From Paraspadella gotoi (lineage: Eukaryota; Animalia; Chaetognatha), in the NCBI GenBank assembly GCA_051294375.1, contig JBJCIZ010000239.1:4010402-4074401 (forward strand): a stretch of DNA of 64,000 nucleotides. Reading direction: 5' to 3'. The first letter of the stretch is position 1; each line of letters begins with the position of its first letter. The notes below the pieces were generated by a model that saw only the letters and a program-made list of their open reading frames with translations, had not been told where the DNA came from and did not search any database. This document shows, in pieces, positions 24,088 through 37,731 of this stretch. Made by a program: the position numbers and the translations under genes.

Positions 24088-27000
24088 TGTTGAGAGATGC
24101 CGTTGACCATCTGTTTTATGTAGCTCATCCATGATTCGTTTTCTACTTTTTGTCTGTTAAGCCTATCTGTGTGCTACTTTCTATGCCTTTACCTTCACGT
24201 TTCACAGAGAGACCCAGTCACTGAGAGACTTTCAGCCCCCAAAACGGGCCTTTTTACGGGCATGATACAGTGTTTCACTCAGTCCACGTCTTGTCACAAT
24301 TCTGTGCAGATCATAGACGTCTTGTCACGTGGACAATAGACTGTGTGGAGTCCCACACTTTCGACCACAGGCATCTGTCGATGGACTTGTGCGACAACTG
24401 ACGGAGCCTGGTGACAAAGAGGCTGACACCTCGCGACAAAGGGTCTCGCTCACTCGCGACGGCGACACCAAAGGGCGTAGCGTGGTTGGAGCGCCGCGCC
24501 ACTTCCGGCGACGAGGGAGTTGACGCAGTCTCCCCCAGATATGGCGCGCACGGGTTCATAGGACTGAATTACGTGGCGAGGCAGCTGACTACTAGTTCCT
24601 GAGACAGTAAAAGGGCCTTCTTGGTCTCGTCTTTTGGGTCTGTCTCAGTGATGTGGAAAAGGAGTGTACAACGACGACCGCTGGGATGCCGCGGCAATCT
24701 CTTTCCCCCCCCTCCCCGCGGAAAATTATTTCAGCGAACAGCCCCCGGTGGGACTATGCAAATATCCTACGACGTCCTTTTTGCAGCCTAGGAGGGCTTT
24801 TTCGAGCTCGAGCACAGATATCAGTCACGACTGCTGATGCGTCTTCCAGTCTTGCCCAATGTTGACGAACGGGGGGGCGCTGATAAGACAGCCTCCTCCC
24901 CAATGTATAAGACTATTGCTGTTATACCACGACGATTTTTTCTTAGTTTATTCGTTTTTTAAATTGTATTTTTATTGATCTGTTTTATTCTGTTTTCGTT
25001 TTAGCTACGTATCGAACAATCTTTCAGCGCATGATTCATTATTCGCCGTTTCAATGTTTTAATTAAGACAATGACTCAGGTTTTTTTAGGTTGAAACGTT
25101 TTTTTACGTCGTTCATTACATTTGAAAAACCATTCCTAGTTTTCTTTAATCTGGTCATACGTTTGTATTTTTTTTCTTTTTGCTATGACAATATTACGAC
25201 GCGTACGACATTGATAGTTGTCCCTCGTGACGGTTTTCATGCAGCTTCTGACGAATTGCTGACCCGCCGACGAGGCCGATTTTAGTTTCTTTTTGTGACG
25301 ACGACGTAACTACGATTTACGATCGAAACTATGTCCCTTGTTCCGCGGATAGAGCCGGAGTGCCGAGTTATCTACTGCTTGACAAGTCACGGAAGGCATG
25401 CCCCGGGTGCTGACTCACAGACTTGATAACCGACTGAAAGGCGTGTCACGACTTCTCGCGGAGATCGAGCGTGACCTTGGATGACCTTGGTTGCTGCCGC
25501 AGGCTTACACCTGCGAATGTTCTGCCCGCTAGCAAGAATGTTTGACATCCCTCGGTCCTCGATCACCCACTGGAGGCTGATGTCGCTGGACCGCAGGTGC
25601 GAGCGTGGGGACGCCGTCGAGTGCTGACAAATAAGAACAGACAAGCGAAACCCTAGTCTTTGCTTTAGTGACGATATTTTTTTTCCCTTCTCCCGTTTGA
25701 AATTCTGTATTGATTTAATAGTTATGATTTCATTCCGTTTCACGTCGGTATAAGTTTTAACCAGTTGTTTAGTCTCACAATGTTTTATTGTCTGTGACTG
25801 TTCAGTTGCATTCTAGGAACCAGAGCCATGTAGATTCTTCCCTTTGTGTCTCCAGTCCCTTCGTATTTTTCTTAGTAAACCAATGTATTGTCCTCCGAGT
25901 GATGCAAGTTATCCCGCTCCCCTTTTACCGTTTTGATTTTATATTTATTTTGTTTTTACGTCTCACCTCGGCTACAAGGCTAATATTTCGAATTTTTTAT
26001 TATGAGTAGTATTCTGTTTTGAAGCTAAACTTTAATAGGCATGAAGTCTAGTAATAATATAATAATATTGACCACTTTGAAAAGAGCAAACGTTGCGATT
26101 AATTTTGAGTTGGCAGACGTGCGTCCTTTTTAGTTTAGTTTATAGTTTTTCTAAGATTTGATTTTTTGTATGGATTGTGAATATTTATTGAATAATACGA
26201 TTTTATCCAACTGTTATTGTTTTGCTTATCCAGAATTTGATACTTTTTACATACTTTCTGTCGTTGAACGTCCGGCCTTGGAATTAAGCACTTGCTTTAA
26301 AGTCAAAGTAAAAAGTTTATTAACCTGAGCGACGTGATTAAACCGCCTCCACTTGTACATTATGATTCGTTGAAATAATTTAATTTTAGCGTCGTTATTA
26401 AGTCTGTAAATTATTTTATATTTTCGTTCAGGTGTTACACGCAAGGAACCCAGAGACGTGTCAAATTCCGTTCCCCTTTCTCTCACCCCTTAATTCATTC
26501 CTTCGCCATTTATGTGTGTAACTTGTCTTGTTAAGTTAATCATGTATCTGCAATTAGTAACATTTTAATTTTCTATCTGTGTACGTCACTGAAGATCACT
26601 TCTGAAAAGTCAAAATTAATATGTTTTGTAACAGTTCACGTTAGATTTTCCGTTTTGTTCTTGAATATTAGACATTTTTGTGATGCTCATCGTCGATAGT
26701 TCGTTTCGAAATCGTGTTAATTAAAATATGTTTGTTCTGAGACTTTGCCTAATTTGAACGTGAGGATTATTTTTAAGAACTCAAGTACGATTAATTTGAT
26801 ACTTTTCATAAGAATGTTATTTATGATATGAAGCTGTTTATTTTCAGATCCGCTATGTTTGATACGTATGATTGTTTAATGTTTTTGTAACAAAGAGAAA
26901 GATTATTATGTTGAGGTCACTGACGTTTTCGACGAATGCGTACTTAAAATAGTTGACAAGGTTGCACATTTCATTTTCTCTCATTTTTGTTTTTTCATAA

Positions 27001-27672
27001 GTTCACTATTTCTCATTTCGTTATTTTTCTTTTATATTTTTCATTTTCCTCTATTATTATCTCAATCAATCCCTCACGTCTTCAAGGGCAGTTTTCGCTT
27101 CCTTTGCTGTCACCGGAAAAGTCCGGGGTTACGGTACGGGAGGTGTTGAGAATGCCGTCCTGCTCATCTGTTTCTATTTCTTACTCATCATGATTCGTTT
27201 TCTACTTTTTCTTGTTCAAGCCTATCTGTGTGCTACTTTCATGGCCTCTTTACCTTTACGTTCACAGAGGAGCAGTGCGACTGAGAGACTTCAGCCAATC
27301 CGTCCCAAAGCTTTTTACGGGATCATGAGAATGTTTTCATCAGTCACGTCTTTTCACCACTTGTAGCAGATCCATGAGTCTTGTCACGTGGAGCATTTAG
27401 ACTGTGGAGTCCCACACTTCCGACCAGGCAGGCACTTTTCGATGGACTTGTGGACAACTGACGGAGCGGTGACAAATGAGGCTTACACCCTCGCCGACAA
27501 AGGTTTCGGCGTCACTCCGACGGCGACACCAAAGGGGCTTGGAGGCGGCCGCGCCCACTTCCGCGACGAGGACGTTTGACGGCAGTCCCCCCATAATGGC
27601 GCGACTGGGTATAGGACGGAATACGCCTGGCTTGAGTGCTAGGCTGACTATTCTAGTTTCCTCTCGTTATCA
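24088..27672 (+). mobile_element. LTR-like direct repeats (~520 bp) flanking 2.5 kb with no intact ORF; possible non-autonomous LTR element
   Basis: 24088-24606 and 27144-27672 are colinear homologues. Both begin TGTTGAGA and can be ended at CA, and a short purine run (GGGAGG) precedes copy 2. No TSD or clear primer-binding site was seen. Confidence 0.45.
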
Positions 27673-28413
27673 GTATGGAGAGAGAGAGATAAAAAAAGTA
27701 TTGATAGAATTAGGAGACAGTTTGTTGATCCTTCACGATCATAATACTGAAAATCTGGATTTGATTATATGTCACTGTCTTTGAGGTATTCCTGTATTCG
27801 TACATCACTCTCTCTCTTGGTCTTGTCTATCTTCTCTTTGTTCTTTCTATCTCTCTCTTTGTTTTTGTAAACTATTTATCATTTAATTAATAATTTTCTT
27901 CCATAAACTTTAGTTTTTTATTCATTCATTCATTTCTCCATTCATTCATTCATTCATTCATTTATCCATTCGTTCTTTCATTCATTCATTAATTCATTCA
28001 TTTATCCATTCGTTCTTTCATTCATTCATTAATTGATTGATTCATTCATTCATTCATTCATGTATTCATTCATACGTACATTCATTCATTCATTCTTTCA
28101 TTATTCCCTTTATATCCGACATAAACTCATCGCTCACTCTCGTCCCCACGCTCTCTCCTCTCCCAATAAAACGCAATTCGATCCACATCCGGCTCTGTCC
28201 AATCCCACTCGTATGTAATCGAATCAACGTTATAACATCTTCTCTCCCCCCCAACTCCTTCACTCGCTCTCCCCATCTCCCAAACTCCGTATGTAACTGG
28301 ATTTCCCCATCAACTTCAGCCCCCGTATGTAATCTAATCTGTTCAGGTCTCCCGGTGTTTCTTGTTTGTTGCCACAAAACAAATGACTGGAGGCAACCGC
28401 GCCGCCTGCACCG

Positions 28414-28490
28414 GCGCCGCCCGCAGCCGCAGCGCCGCCCGCAGCCGCAGCGCCGCCCGCAGCCGCAGCGCCGCCCGCAGCCGCGGCGCC
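28414..28490 (+). repeat. GC-rich 18-bp tandem repeat x4
   Basis: GCGCCGCCCGCAGCCGCA repeated. Confidence 0.9.
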
Positions 28491-28732
28491 TTCAGCACCG
28501 CAGCCGCCGGACATCGAAGCAGCTGCTTGGATTTCCAGCAAAATCTGAGGTCAAATCTGGGAAATCGGAATTTATTAAATTTATTCTAATTTAATCTAAT
28601 TCTTAAAAGAGTTGTACTTTTATACATTCTTTGAAATATGGTATCACTTCATTGATAGGGAAGAAAGGTACTCTGTAGTGAATAAAACGAGATTGTGAGA
28701 GAGTCTTTGATTGTAAGCTTACAGAGACCTCC

Positions 28733-28861
28733 TATGTCATTATCTTGTAAGAGTGATGGAGGCCCCTACCAACCAAAGCCTTTCCAAAAATCAGGATAGC
28801 AAGATAGCTTATTTATTTAAATGAAGGGAAAACTTTTATATTGGTTGTACCAATTTCATAC
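28733..28861 (+). repeat. Dispersed repeat family, copy
   Basis: TATGTCATTATCTTGTAAGAGTGATGGAGG...CAAAGCCT...CAAGATAGCTTATTTATT...TTGGTTGTACCAATTTCATAC. Confidence 0.7.
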
Positions 28862-28967
28862 AATGAAACCAGTTTGTCTCACGAAACAAGTTCGTAATTT
28901 TTCACTCTCTTCATATTGTAAACATTAAATTTAGTTATATTTATTAGACTACGATGATAACAAACCG

Positions 28968-29011
<44 letters not shown>

Positions 29012-29377
29012 CGAAGAAAATGTTTCTCCGTGAAAAAAGATATCAATTCAAACTAATTTGCATATTTATTGAAGTCGCATCTTTTCTTGATTTTTTTCTT
29101 TTCAATTTAAATCATTACCTTCAACGAGAGATCATTTCAGATCGATAAAATACAGTAGGTTTGTATAAAATTTATTTTCTCCCTTCTTTTTTATAATTTC
29201 ATGGCAACTCCTCTCTTCGTCTCTCTCTTACTCTCCTCTCTCATCTCCTTCTCTCTCTCTCTCTTTGTCATTTTATTCCCTTCATTTCTTTCCTCATTTA
29301 ACTCCTTTTCACAATTTTAATGATTCTCCTTTTTTTCGTGAGGAAAAACCAAAAAAGAAAAAATTAATAACCTTTCC

Positions 29378-29433
<56 letters not shown>

Positions 29434-30165
29434 TCTTCTCTCTCTCTCTCTCTCTCCTCTCTTTGTCTCCTTCACCTCAACCTCATAAAGGCAGAGAAAT
29501 GAGAAAGAGCGAGAGAGCAGAGAGAGAAGAGAGAGAGAGAGAGAGAGAAGAGAGATTTTGACAAACGGTTACACTTATAATATCTTCATCCTTTCATAAA
29601 TCTTTCGGGGGCGACTTCCTCTCAGGATTGCGAGAGGGCGTCAATCCTTCCGTTGTTGTTGTTATGTTGTTGTTGTCATTAATATTGCTGTTGTGGCTCT
29701 TGATGTTGTTATAGAGATTTTTATTGCTGGTTTTGTTGTTGTATTGCTGTTTGTTTCTGTTGTAACAGATATAGATTTTAACTGCTATTGTTGCAGTCGT
29801 TATTGTTAACGTTGTGTGTGTCGTTATAAATGTTTGTTGTTTGTTATCTTTGACGTTCTTTTGTTGCTCTTATTTCTTTAAAACAATCCAACTTTCTGTT
29901 GTCTCGTCGTATACACGTTTACGCTTATTTTAGTCGTACAGTTTATAAAAATCTATACAAAAACCAAAAAAAAAATTAATAAAATTTAATTAAATTGAGT
30001 TTTTTTAAATATTTTAATATTGTTAACTCCTTCTCTACATTCTCTACCTACATCTTTTTTTTTCGTCTCTCTGTCAAATTGACCTCAATTTGTCATCTTT
30101 TCTAACATTCTTTCATTCGACTTTTCCCTTTGTTGCGGTTTCTTGTCATCTCTGCTTTTTCTACG

Positions 30166-30196
<31 letters not shown>

Positions 30197-30528
30197 TACT
30201 CTCTTCTCCTCTCTCTCTCTCTCTCTCTTCCTCTCTCTCTCTCCTTCTCTCATTCCTTTTTGTCTTTCCTTGTTTGCACTTCCATTCCCATCCTCTTCTT
30301 CAGTTTTCTTTTCCATCATGGTGCCGCCATCTCCCTCTCCCCCCTGCTTTAACCCCCACCTGCCGCCCTTGCCCCCACGACATCCACCTACTCTTACTTA
30401 CCCTTTCTTACAAGTCACTCACCCCTTTTTCCCGCCAAAGGGAGAATGGCGCAGGAGAAAAAGGGCGTTTGCATCAATGTCTTAATCCAGGGAATTCTCC
30501 TCTCTCTCTCTCTCTCTCTCATCTCTCA

Positions 30529-30571
<43 letters not shown>

Positions 30572-30685
30572 CTCTCCCTCTCTATCTCGCCAACGGTGGA
30601 CGTCTAAAAACCCGCCACACAATATGCAAACGAGGCTAATCAGCCCGAGGAGTCCCGGGTTTCGCTAGGGGGGCGAAGGTAGACA

Positions 30686-30764
<79 letters not shown>

Positions 30765-31384
30765 GGAGAGAGAGAGAGAGGGAGAGGGAAGAAAACAATG
30801 TGTTGCTCAGCGGTGACTTTTCTTTCGTGGAGACATTTCCCGATGAACACTTGACTGCACACGTGTAAAAAATACGCACAAAAAGCAATCATTATTATTA
30901 TGTATATCTCAGGTCTTATTGTGACTTACCTTGCAATCTCATACAAACTAATTTTATTAAATATTATCCGAGTTATGAGCATTTTGTGGGGCCGACAGAC
31001 GGATGTACGGTCGGAAAGATCGACCGACCGCTAAATGGGATTTAACACACCCAAGGTGAGTTTCTTGATTGACGATATTTTTTTCTTTTCATTTCCTTTC
31101 TTCCTAACCTCAACTGCCCTTTTTCTTCTATCCTATTCTATCCTGTTCTTTGTTTTCCTTCCACTTTTTTTTCTTAAACCCTTTATTAGCTTTCGCATAC
31201 CAGTTTTCCCGAGCGATGACTTCTGGAAAGTTTCGAAACTCGTTGGTATTACAGTTCTTTCTTTCTTAATTTAATTGTAATTGTAATTGTAATACTGAGA
31301 GAAAATAAGTTAACAACATTTAACCAATAGACTAAATGACGATTGGTTCGAATTTATCATTATATTGTGGCGGTATATTCACAG

Positions 31385-31582
31385 CGCCTCACGTCCACTA
31401 TCTTTCAGCCAAGTCCATTGGCTCAGAGGGGAAACACACCATTCCAGGCGTTGTGTTCCAACGACTTCCCTCTGCATTGGCAAAGCGAGTCCGTCCTCGA
31501 GTAACTGAGGGTCGGAAAACCCCAAAGCCAACAGTGAGATGCCCCGTCCCAATGGGCATCACAGGCAACCCGGCTGTTTCCA
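31385..31582 (-). repeat. Unclassified structured repeat (second family), copy 2
   Basis: Inverted homologue of 37255-37455. Confidence 0.7.
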
Positions 31583-32269
31583 AAATATGTTCATATTTGT
31601 CTTTAAATGCGACTCAGTGAGAGAATTTTTTCTTTCTTTTCGATAATGGTCACGTGACCCTTTGTGTCTCCTCACCTTTTTCGCCCGACTCCTTCGCGTA
31701 ACCCTGACCCCATTTTCTGTACCACGTCCCTTGGGTCAATCGGAACGCACCTGATACCGTTTCTAAATCTCTCGCCCCCCTCACCTCAAACAACCCCTTA
31801 AGTTTTCAACCGACCTCTGTCTCGTTCATTAAATATCGATTTAATTCCTTTTAAACATCATTTGCATATTGCAATTATTTACTATTTTCGGTTCTTGTCG
31901 CGGAAAAAAAAATCGATGGGACAAAGAGAGGTATAAAAATTTGACGAAAGGACAAGAGGGAAAGAAGGACGAAGAAAATTATTTCTTTTTTATGAAGGGG
32001 GGGTGGTGGTAAGGCAAGTTAATTTGGTAAAAAGTCGAATTTTTTTAAATCAAGGCGAAGTTATTAAAATTGACTTTAGTTCGAGATTAAGGTCGAAGGA
32101 GTTTGAACGCCCTCGCTTGCTTAATCACGAATATCCAAGTCTGAGAGCGGTTTTATCATAATTCATATTAATTGATAATCATAATAGTAATAAACTAATA
32201 ATCATAAATTAGTTATTAATTCGGAACGAAAAACGTGAGACAGACGGACCAGGTTACTAAATTGTCATA

Positions 32270-32460
32270 TGAATAGAGTTAGTTTTTAGGTTTAGGGATT
32301 AGGTTAAGGGTCAAGGATTGGGTTAGTTATTATGGGTTAGGAATGAGGGTTTAGGATAGGGGTTAAGGATTAAGGTTAGAGTATAGTATTAACATTAAAT
32401 ATTAAGGTTAAAATTAAGGGATTAAGGAACATAAATTTGGCGCTCTAAGAAAACAGAGCG
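32270..32460. repeat. Degenerate (TTAGGG)n array with TIR-like right end
   Basis: ttagggattaggttaaggg... array followed by AAATTTGGCGCTCTAAGAAAACAGAGCG. Confidence 0.5.
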
Positions 32461-35400
32461 AAAAAGCCAACCCTAATATATACATGAAATTGGAACAACC
32501 AATTTAAAATTATCCAAACATTAAATGAATAAATTATATATAGAGAAATTCAAAGTACATTTTTCTCCCTTTTTTTTTATCTTTTTTTATTTTTCTTTTT
32601 TTTTTTATATTTTCTCCTATCACATCATTTTTATTCCCTTTTTATCTTTTCCTCCCCCTCGTTTTATTTCCCCTCCTTTCATCCTCTCTCTCTCTCATCT
32701 CTCTCGGTCTCTCTCTCTGCGTCCTCTTCTCTGCATCCTCGATCTCGTCTCATCTCTCTCTCATCTCTCTTCTCTCTCTCTCTACTCTTCTCCTCCGTGC
32801 TCTAGATTCGAGTTGTATTTTCTTTCTTTTCATCGATTTTTTCTCCTTTTGAAAATCGCAAAGAAATTATCATCATAAAAGACGCGAAACGATCGTTGAC
32901 TTGGTCGGTCGGTCGGTCTGTCGGTCGGTCGGTCTGTCGGTTGGTCGGTCGTCGTCGTTGTTGACGTGGTTGTCGTCTTCAATGGGGTCGTTATCGTTCA
33001 TCGTTCGTCGTCGTCGTTGTCGTCGTAGTTCGTCGTCGTCGTCGTCGTTTGTCGTCATCGCTGTCATCATCCTCGTAATCATTGGAGTCGTCCTCGTCGT
33101 ATTTCGTCTTTCTCATCGTCGTCGTCGTCGTCGTCGTCTTCCTCATCGTCGTCGACGTCGTCGTCGCGGTCAGTAAATAAAAACAACGACAACGAACTTT
33201 TAAGCAAAACGAAAAAACTACGTTTATGTTGTAAACTGTTTTTATTGAAGGTCATCGTAGTTTTGTCTGTATTTTCCTCATAAAATAAGATGCGTTCAAG
33301 CGAAAAATCTCTGTCTCTCTCTCTTACTCTCTCTCCTGCTCTCCCCATCTCTCTCCTCTCCTCTCTCTCTCTCTCTTCCTCTCTCTCTCTCTCCTCTCTC
33401 TCCTCTCCTTCTCTCCTCTGCTCTCTCTCTCTCTCTCTCACTCCCTATTGATCTAGCCTTATTCTCCCGCGTATAACGTTTACGTTCGCTTTTAACGAGG
33501 ACCGTAAATCGTGATAACGAAATTACGTTAAACCGCGTTTCATTCAGTCTAGGGTTCGGTATAGCNNNNNNNNNNNNNNNNNNNNNNNNNTATTTATGTC
33601 CTCTCCCTCCTTCACTTCCTTCCTCACGCCTCCTCTCTCTCTCCTTCACTCCTACTTCTCCCTCACGCTCTCCTACTTCTCTCTACTTCTCACTTCTTCA
33701 TTTCCACTCTCTCTACTCTCACTTCACTCCTCTCCACTCTCCATTCTCACTCTCACCTCTCTCTCTCTCCTCTCTCTCTCTCTTCACCTTCCTTCACTTC
33801 TCAACCTCTCTACCTCTCTCTCTATCCTCCTCTCTCACGCCTCTCACTCTCCATTCACACTCATCATCTTTTGCAACTAAACAAACATATTCCACTCTCT
33901 TTATCACTTCCTTGATCTTCCCTTCCCACCGTTCTTGCCGACTGCTATCACGAACCCTAGAACGAATGAACGCGGTTCTCAACGCTAATTTCGTTAACTC
34001 CACGCACTTTACGGTCCCTCCGCTCTACCGCGGACGCTCTGTTCATCCCCCAAGATCCCTGAAAACAAAATTCTCCCAAAAATTCCTCCTACAAACTAAA
34101 CACACACACTCTCTCTGCCTCCCCGATCGGTCACTTCAACATTCTCCTTTTCCCGGGGTACTCACAGATGCGCACACTGCCAAACCTCCTCTCTCCTCCA
34201 CTCGCCCATATCAACTCTTACCCAGATATAAAAAGGTCTAAAGTGGCGCGCAAATCTCTATAAAGCGACTCTCTCTGAAAGCAATTAAGTGAGCCCAATG
34301 TAGTCTTTCCCTCCTCCGGCTCCATTACTTACTCGCATCATGAAACTTGATATCTTGCGTAGTAAATGCATTTTTAAGTCTTTTCAAAATCTCTCTTTGA
34401 TGTCAAACCGTCAAATAAAATAATAGAAAAAATATCCTCAATCTTCGCGCTCCGTCTTTTTCACATAGAGCATTGATTGATTACAAAATCGATACTCCCA
34501 AATGTGGCCAAAGTCCTGAATTTTCGGTTTGAAATGGCATAAACTTTAAGTTTTATTTTGTTTTTCTTCCGCAGGAAGGCTGCTTTTTTTAGGTGATAAA
34601 AGTTGTATTGTTCTCTTTTTCTGTACAAGCAAAATTTTACAACAATCCTAACTAATCGTCTTAGCTCAGCATATACACACGCAGTCCCGAACGTCACATG
34701 AAGCCAACCTACCATCATCTTCGGAATACTTCAGAGAAACACTTAGATAGAAAAGTTGTTTACGCTTCTTGAGTTCTCTTGTACCTCACTTATTTTTTTT
34801 CTTGTTTTTTATTTTGAGAAGAAAGCTTTTTTCTACTTTATTTCGGAAAAATGTTTCAAATGGGATGACGTTTCATGATAGAACCTCCGATCAGTAAACT
34901 ACCACTTCGCCAAACACTGCCTCTTACCTATGTTATACCTTTGGCCATCAAGAGAACAGAAACAGATTCAGCTCCATCATGAAAGAACTTCGGTGAAGAG
35001 TTAAGGGATCGGTTAGCTACCAAATCTCTGGCTAAGCTTAACTCTTGTCGACATGATTTTGGAGGTTATTTAAATGTTTTGGGAACTTTTTAAAAATTGT
35101 ATTAGTAGTTAATAGTTAGTAGTTACACAGCTTTTTTCATTGCCGACATCCACCTTCATTTTAAGCAAATTCACCCTGAACACCCCCGAAGTAGTCACCA
35201 AACTAACTCAATTGTTTCTACTTGTTCTAAATGTTAAGGGTTTTTTCAAACAAGAAATCTTGAAGATGACATTACTAGCATAATCCTGATTATCAACAGT
35301 GATGATGAAGAATGACATCTCCAGCAATGGATGCTGATATCATCATGAGGCAAAGATTAAAGCAATGATATGGACATTATCATCAAAGACCAAAGTCCCA

Positions 35401-37139
35401 TCTACTAACCATCTTTTGTTAAAAGTATTAATAAAAGGGATAACTAATTTCCCAAAGCTTTTTGAAGGGGTAGTCGTACAATATTGTCGTAAATATCAAG
35501 CAATTTAAATTTTGAAATTTGAAATTAAATGTTTTTACGCGCACTTTTTTAAAAAGATGGTAATTCACGGTCTAGCTTGGGAGTCAACCTCTGGAGTTCC
35601 TATCCGTCCAGGATTGTACTTACAGCAAGGATAACAGTTTTTTGCAAAAATATTGAGAAATGCCATTTCAAATGATCTCATAAAAATAATTATGAATAAT
35701 GATTATATGATGTGTAAAGAATATAGAGAAAACATTCGTTTCCGGGGCGAGCGCGGGGATGCGAAAGATCCGATTTCATGGGGCGCGTTATTTGTTTGGC
35801 AGGGACCCATTTTCCATCAGAAAAAACCAAATAAAATATATAAAATGTGATTATATCATACGAAAGCGGGGCGTCTTGGGAAGTCCAATGCCGGTGGAAG
35901 CAATTGGTTAAAAGTTCGGTCATCATTGATATGTGAACGATAGCCGCAGAAGTGGAGCTCGGTTTTACGGCAGTTTTAGATTAAGCGCGAGTAAACTTGG
36001 CGTTAATCGTTTCCTAGAGACTAATACTAATAGATGGGGTATGGTTAACACAATAGGAAATACTCGTTGTGCTTGGCTAAAGACAGGGTATTCTTTCTTT
36101 TGTTTGTAAATTTTACCAAGCTTGCCTTGTTTAATTTAACAATCGCAATTGTACTGGGTTTTCGCGGGCTTTATTTTCCGCACGTATCGCCGTCCTTTAA
36201 CTATTATCTTTTAAACTGACGAGAGGATCAATTTGTGCGTTGTCATGTTGGTTTCCGGTGGAGCAGAGCAATCGTGGAGCATCGTGTTTTAAATGAAATA
36301 AGATTAAATCCATGGCTTTGTTTGAATCTGGGAATTCTTACACGGCCCTGAAAGCGCAATAACTTACTTACCGCAAGAACCAAACCGAAGAAGCCATGGC
36401 ACTTCCTCGAGCCAGCCGCGGTTCACAATCCAGATTTTTGGTTGACTCGCGTATTTATAAAACATTCTTTCCCGCCGGATTTTTTTCCTTTTTTTTTACG
36501 AAAATTAGAATGAAAAGTAGATTTTACGTTAAATATATACATTTATTGTTATTTTTTTAAAAAAATTGGAAATTTTGTTAAACTTCGGCGCTTTCGACCA
36601 CGAGTCATGACATCGGATGGATTGCAAAAACCTTCAACTATTTGCCAAAAATTAACAAGGCTATTCGTAATATGTTCCGTTTTCGGATAGCGATATGGAA
36701 AAAGAGATTCCGTCTCAAATGCTGCATTGGCCGAGACGACAGAGAATAGACGAATTACAATGCCTAAAGAAAAGCGCACTTAAATATTTACATTCGTCAC
36801 TCGATGATCGCATTCTGGGCAATGCCCAGTTGGAATTCCTGGAGATTAATATGCTCCAGAGGTCCCCGGGAAACGAAGAGCAAAGGTTTTTCTTAATGGA
36901 ATAACGTAAAAGAAGAGGAACATAATCAAAACGGACGAAGATAATTTTTTGAAAGGAAAAAATTAAAGGACCTTGAATTTTATAAATTTATTTGTTAATA
37001 TATATTATTATATATGTTATATTTGGTATTATATTAACCTGATTAATATGTTACGTAACTTTTGCATAGATATTAAATTAGCAAGGAATTAATTAAATAA
37101 GTTAAAAGTAAAGGTAATTTAAGGTTAAAACAATTAATT

Positions 37140-37240
37140 AAGGGGGGTAATTAGGGTTAGGGCTGTAAAATAAGTTAGGGTTAAATAATTAGGGTTAGAC
37201 AGGTAATTTAGGGGTTAAAGTAGGTTTAGGGTAAAGTTTA
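37140..37240 (+). repeat. Degenerate (TTAGGG)n array
   Basis: ttagggttaggg...ttagggtta...ttaggggtta...ttagggta. Confidence 0.65.
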
Positions 37241-37254
37241 AAATTAACTTTTAT

Positions 37255-37455
37255 GGCAACAGCCAAGTTGCCTGTGACTGCCCACTGGTAAAAGGTTTGG
37301 GGGCTTCCGACCCTTAGTGACCCCGCCGCCGTCACTGGCGCGGTCACCCTTCGGATGGTCTCCGCTTTGCCACGCCAAGGGAAGTCGTTAGAAACTGTGG
37401 ATGGAATGCCACGCCAAATAGGATTGCGATGAACAATGATGGACGATGAGCGGTT
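37255..37455 (+). repeat. Unclassified structured repeat (second family), copy 1
   Basis: AACAGCC..GTTGCCTGTGA.TGCCCA.TGG, TTCCGACCCT.AGT.AC, CGCTTTGCCA, AGGGAAGTCGTT.GAA and TGGAATG are shared in order with the reverse strand of 31385-31582. Confidence 0.7.
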
Positions 37456-37731
37456 AAAATAATTTAAATATTAAATTTCAAAAAGTATAAATAAATAGAA
37501 TTATTAAATTTATAAAAAAAAGTAAAGTAATTTTTTTTTTATAAATTTGAAAAAGAATTTTAAAAGAATCCACAAGGAAATCTTTTCGAGCCCATGTAGT
37601 TTATTGATAAATTCAGTGTTTTAAGATCATTGTTAGGTCTTAACTTTACTTTTTTTCGTAAAGAAACCATACTTGTTTTTTCATGTTCTTTCTCTTGCCA
37701 TTTTCCATAAGCCTTCCGTGCTTATTAAAAT

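Noticed and set aside
33497-34020. Inverted repeat, 33497-33565 versus 33944-34020
   Set aside because: One arm abuts a 25-N gap and the other is riddled with C insertions in noisy CT-rich sequence, so it is most likely a long-read fill artefact.
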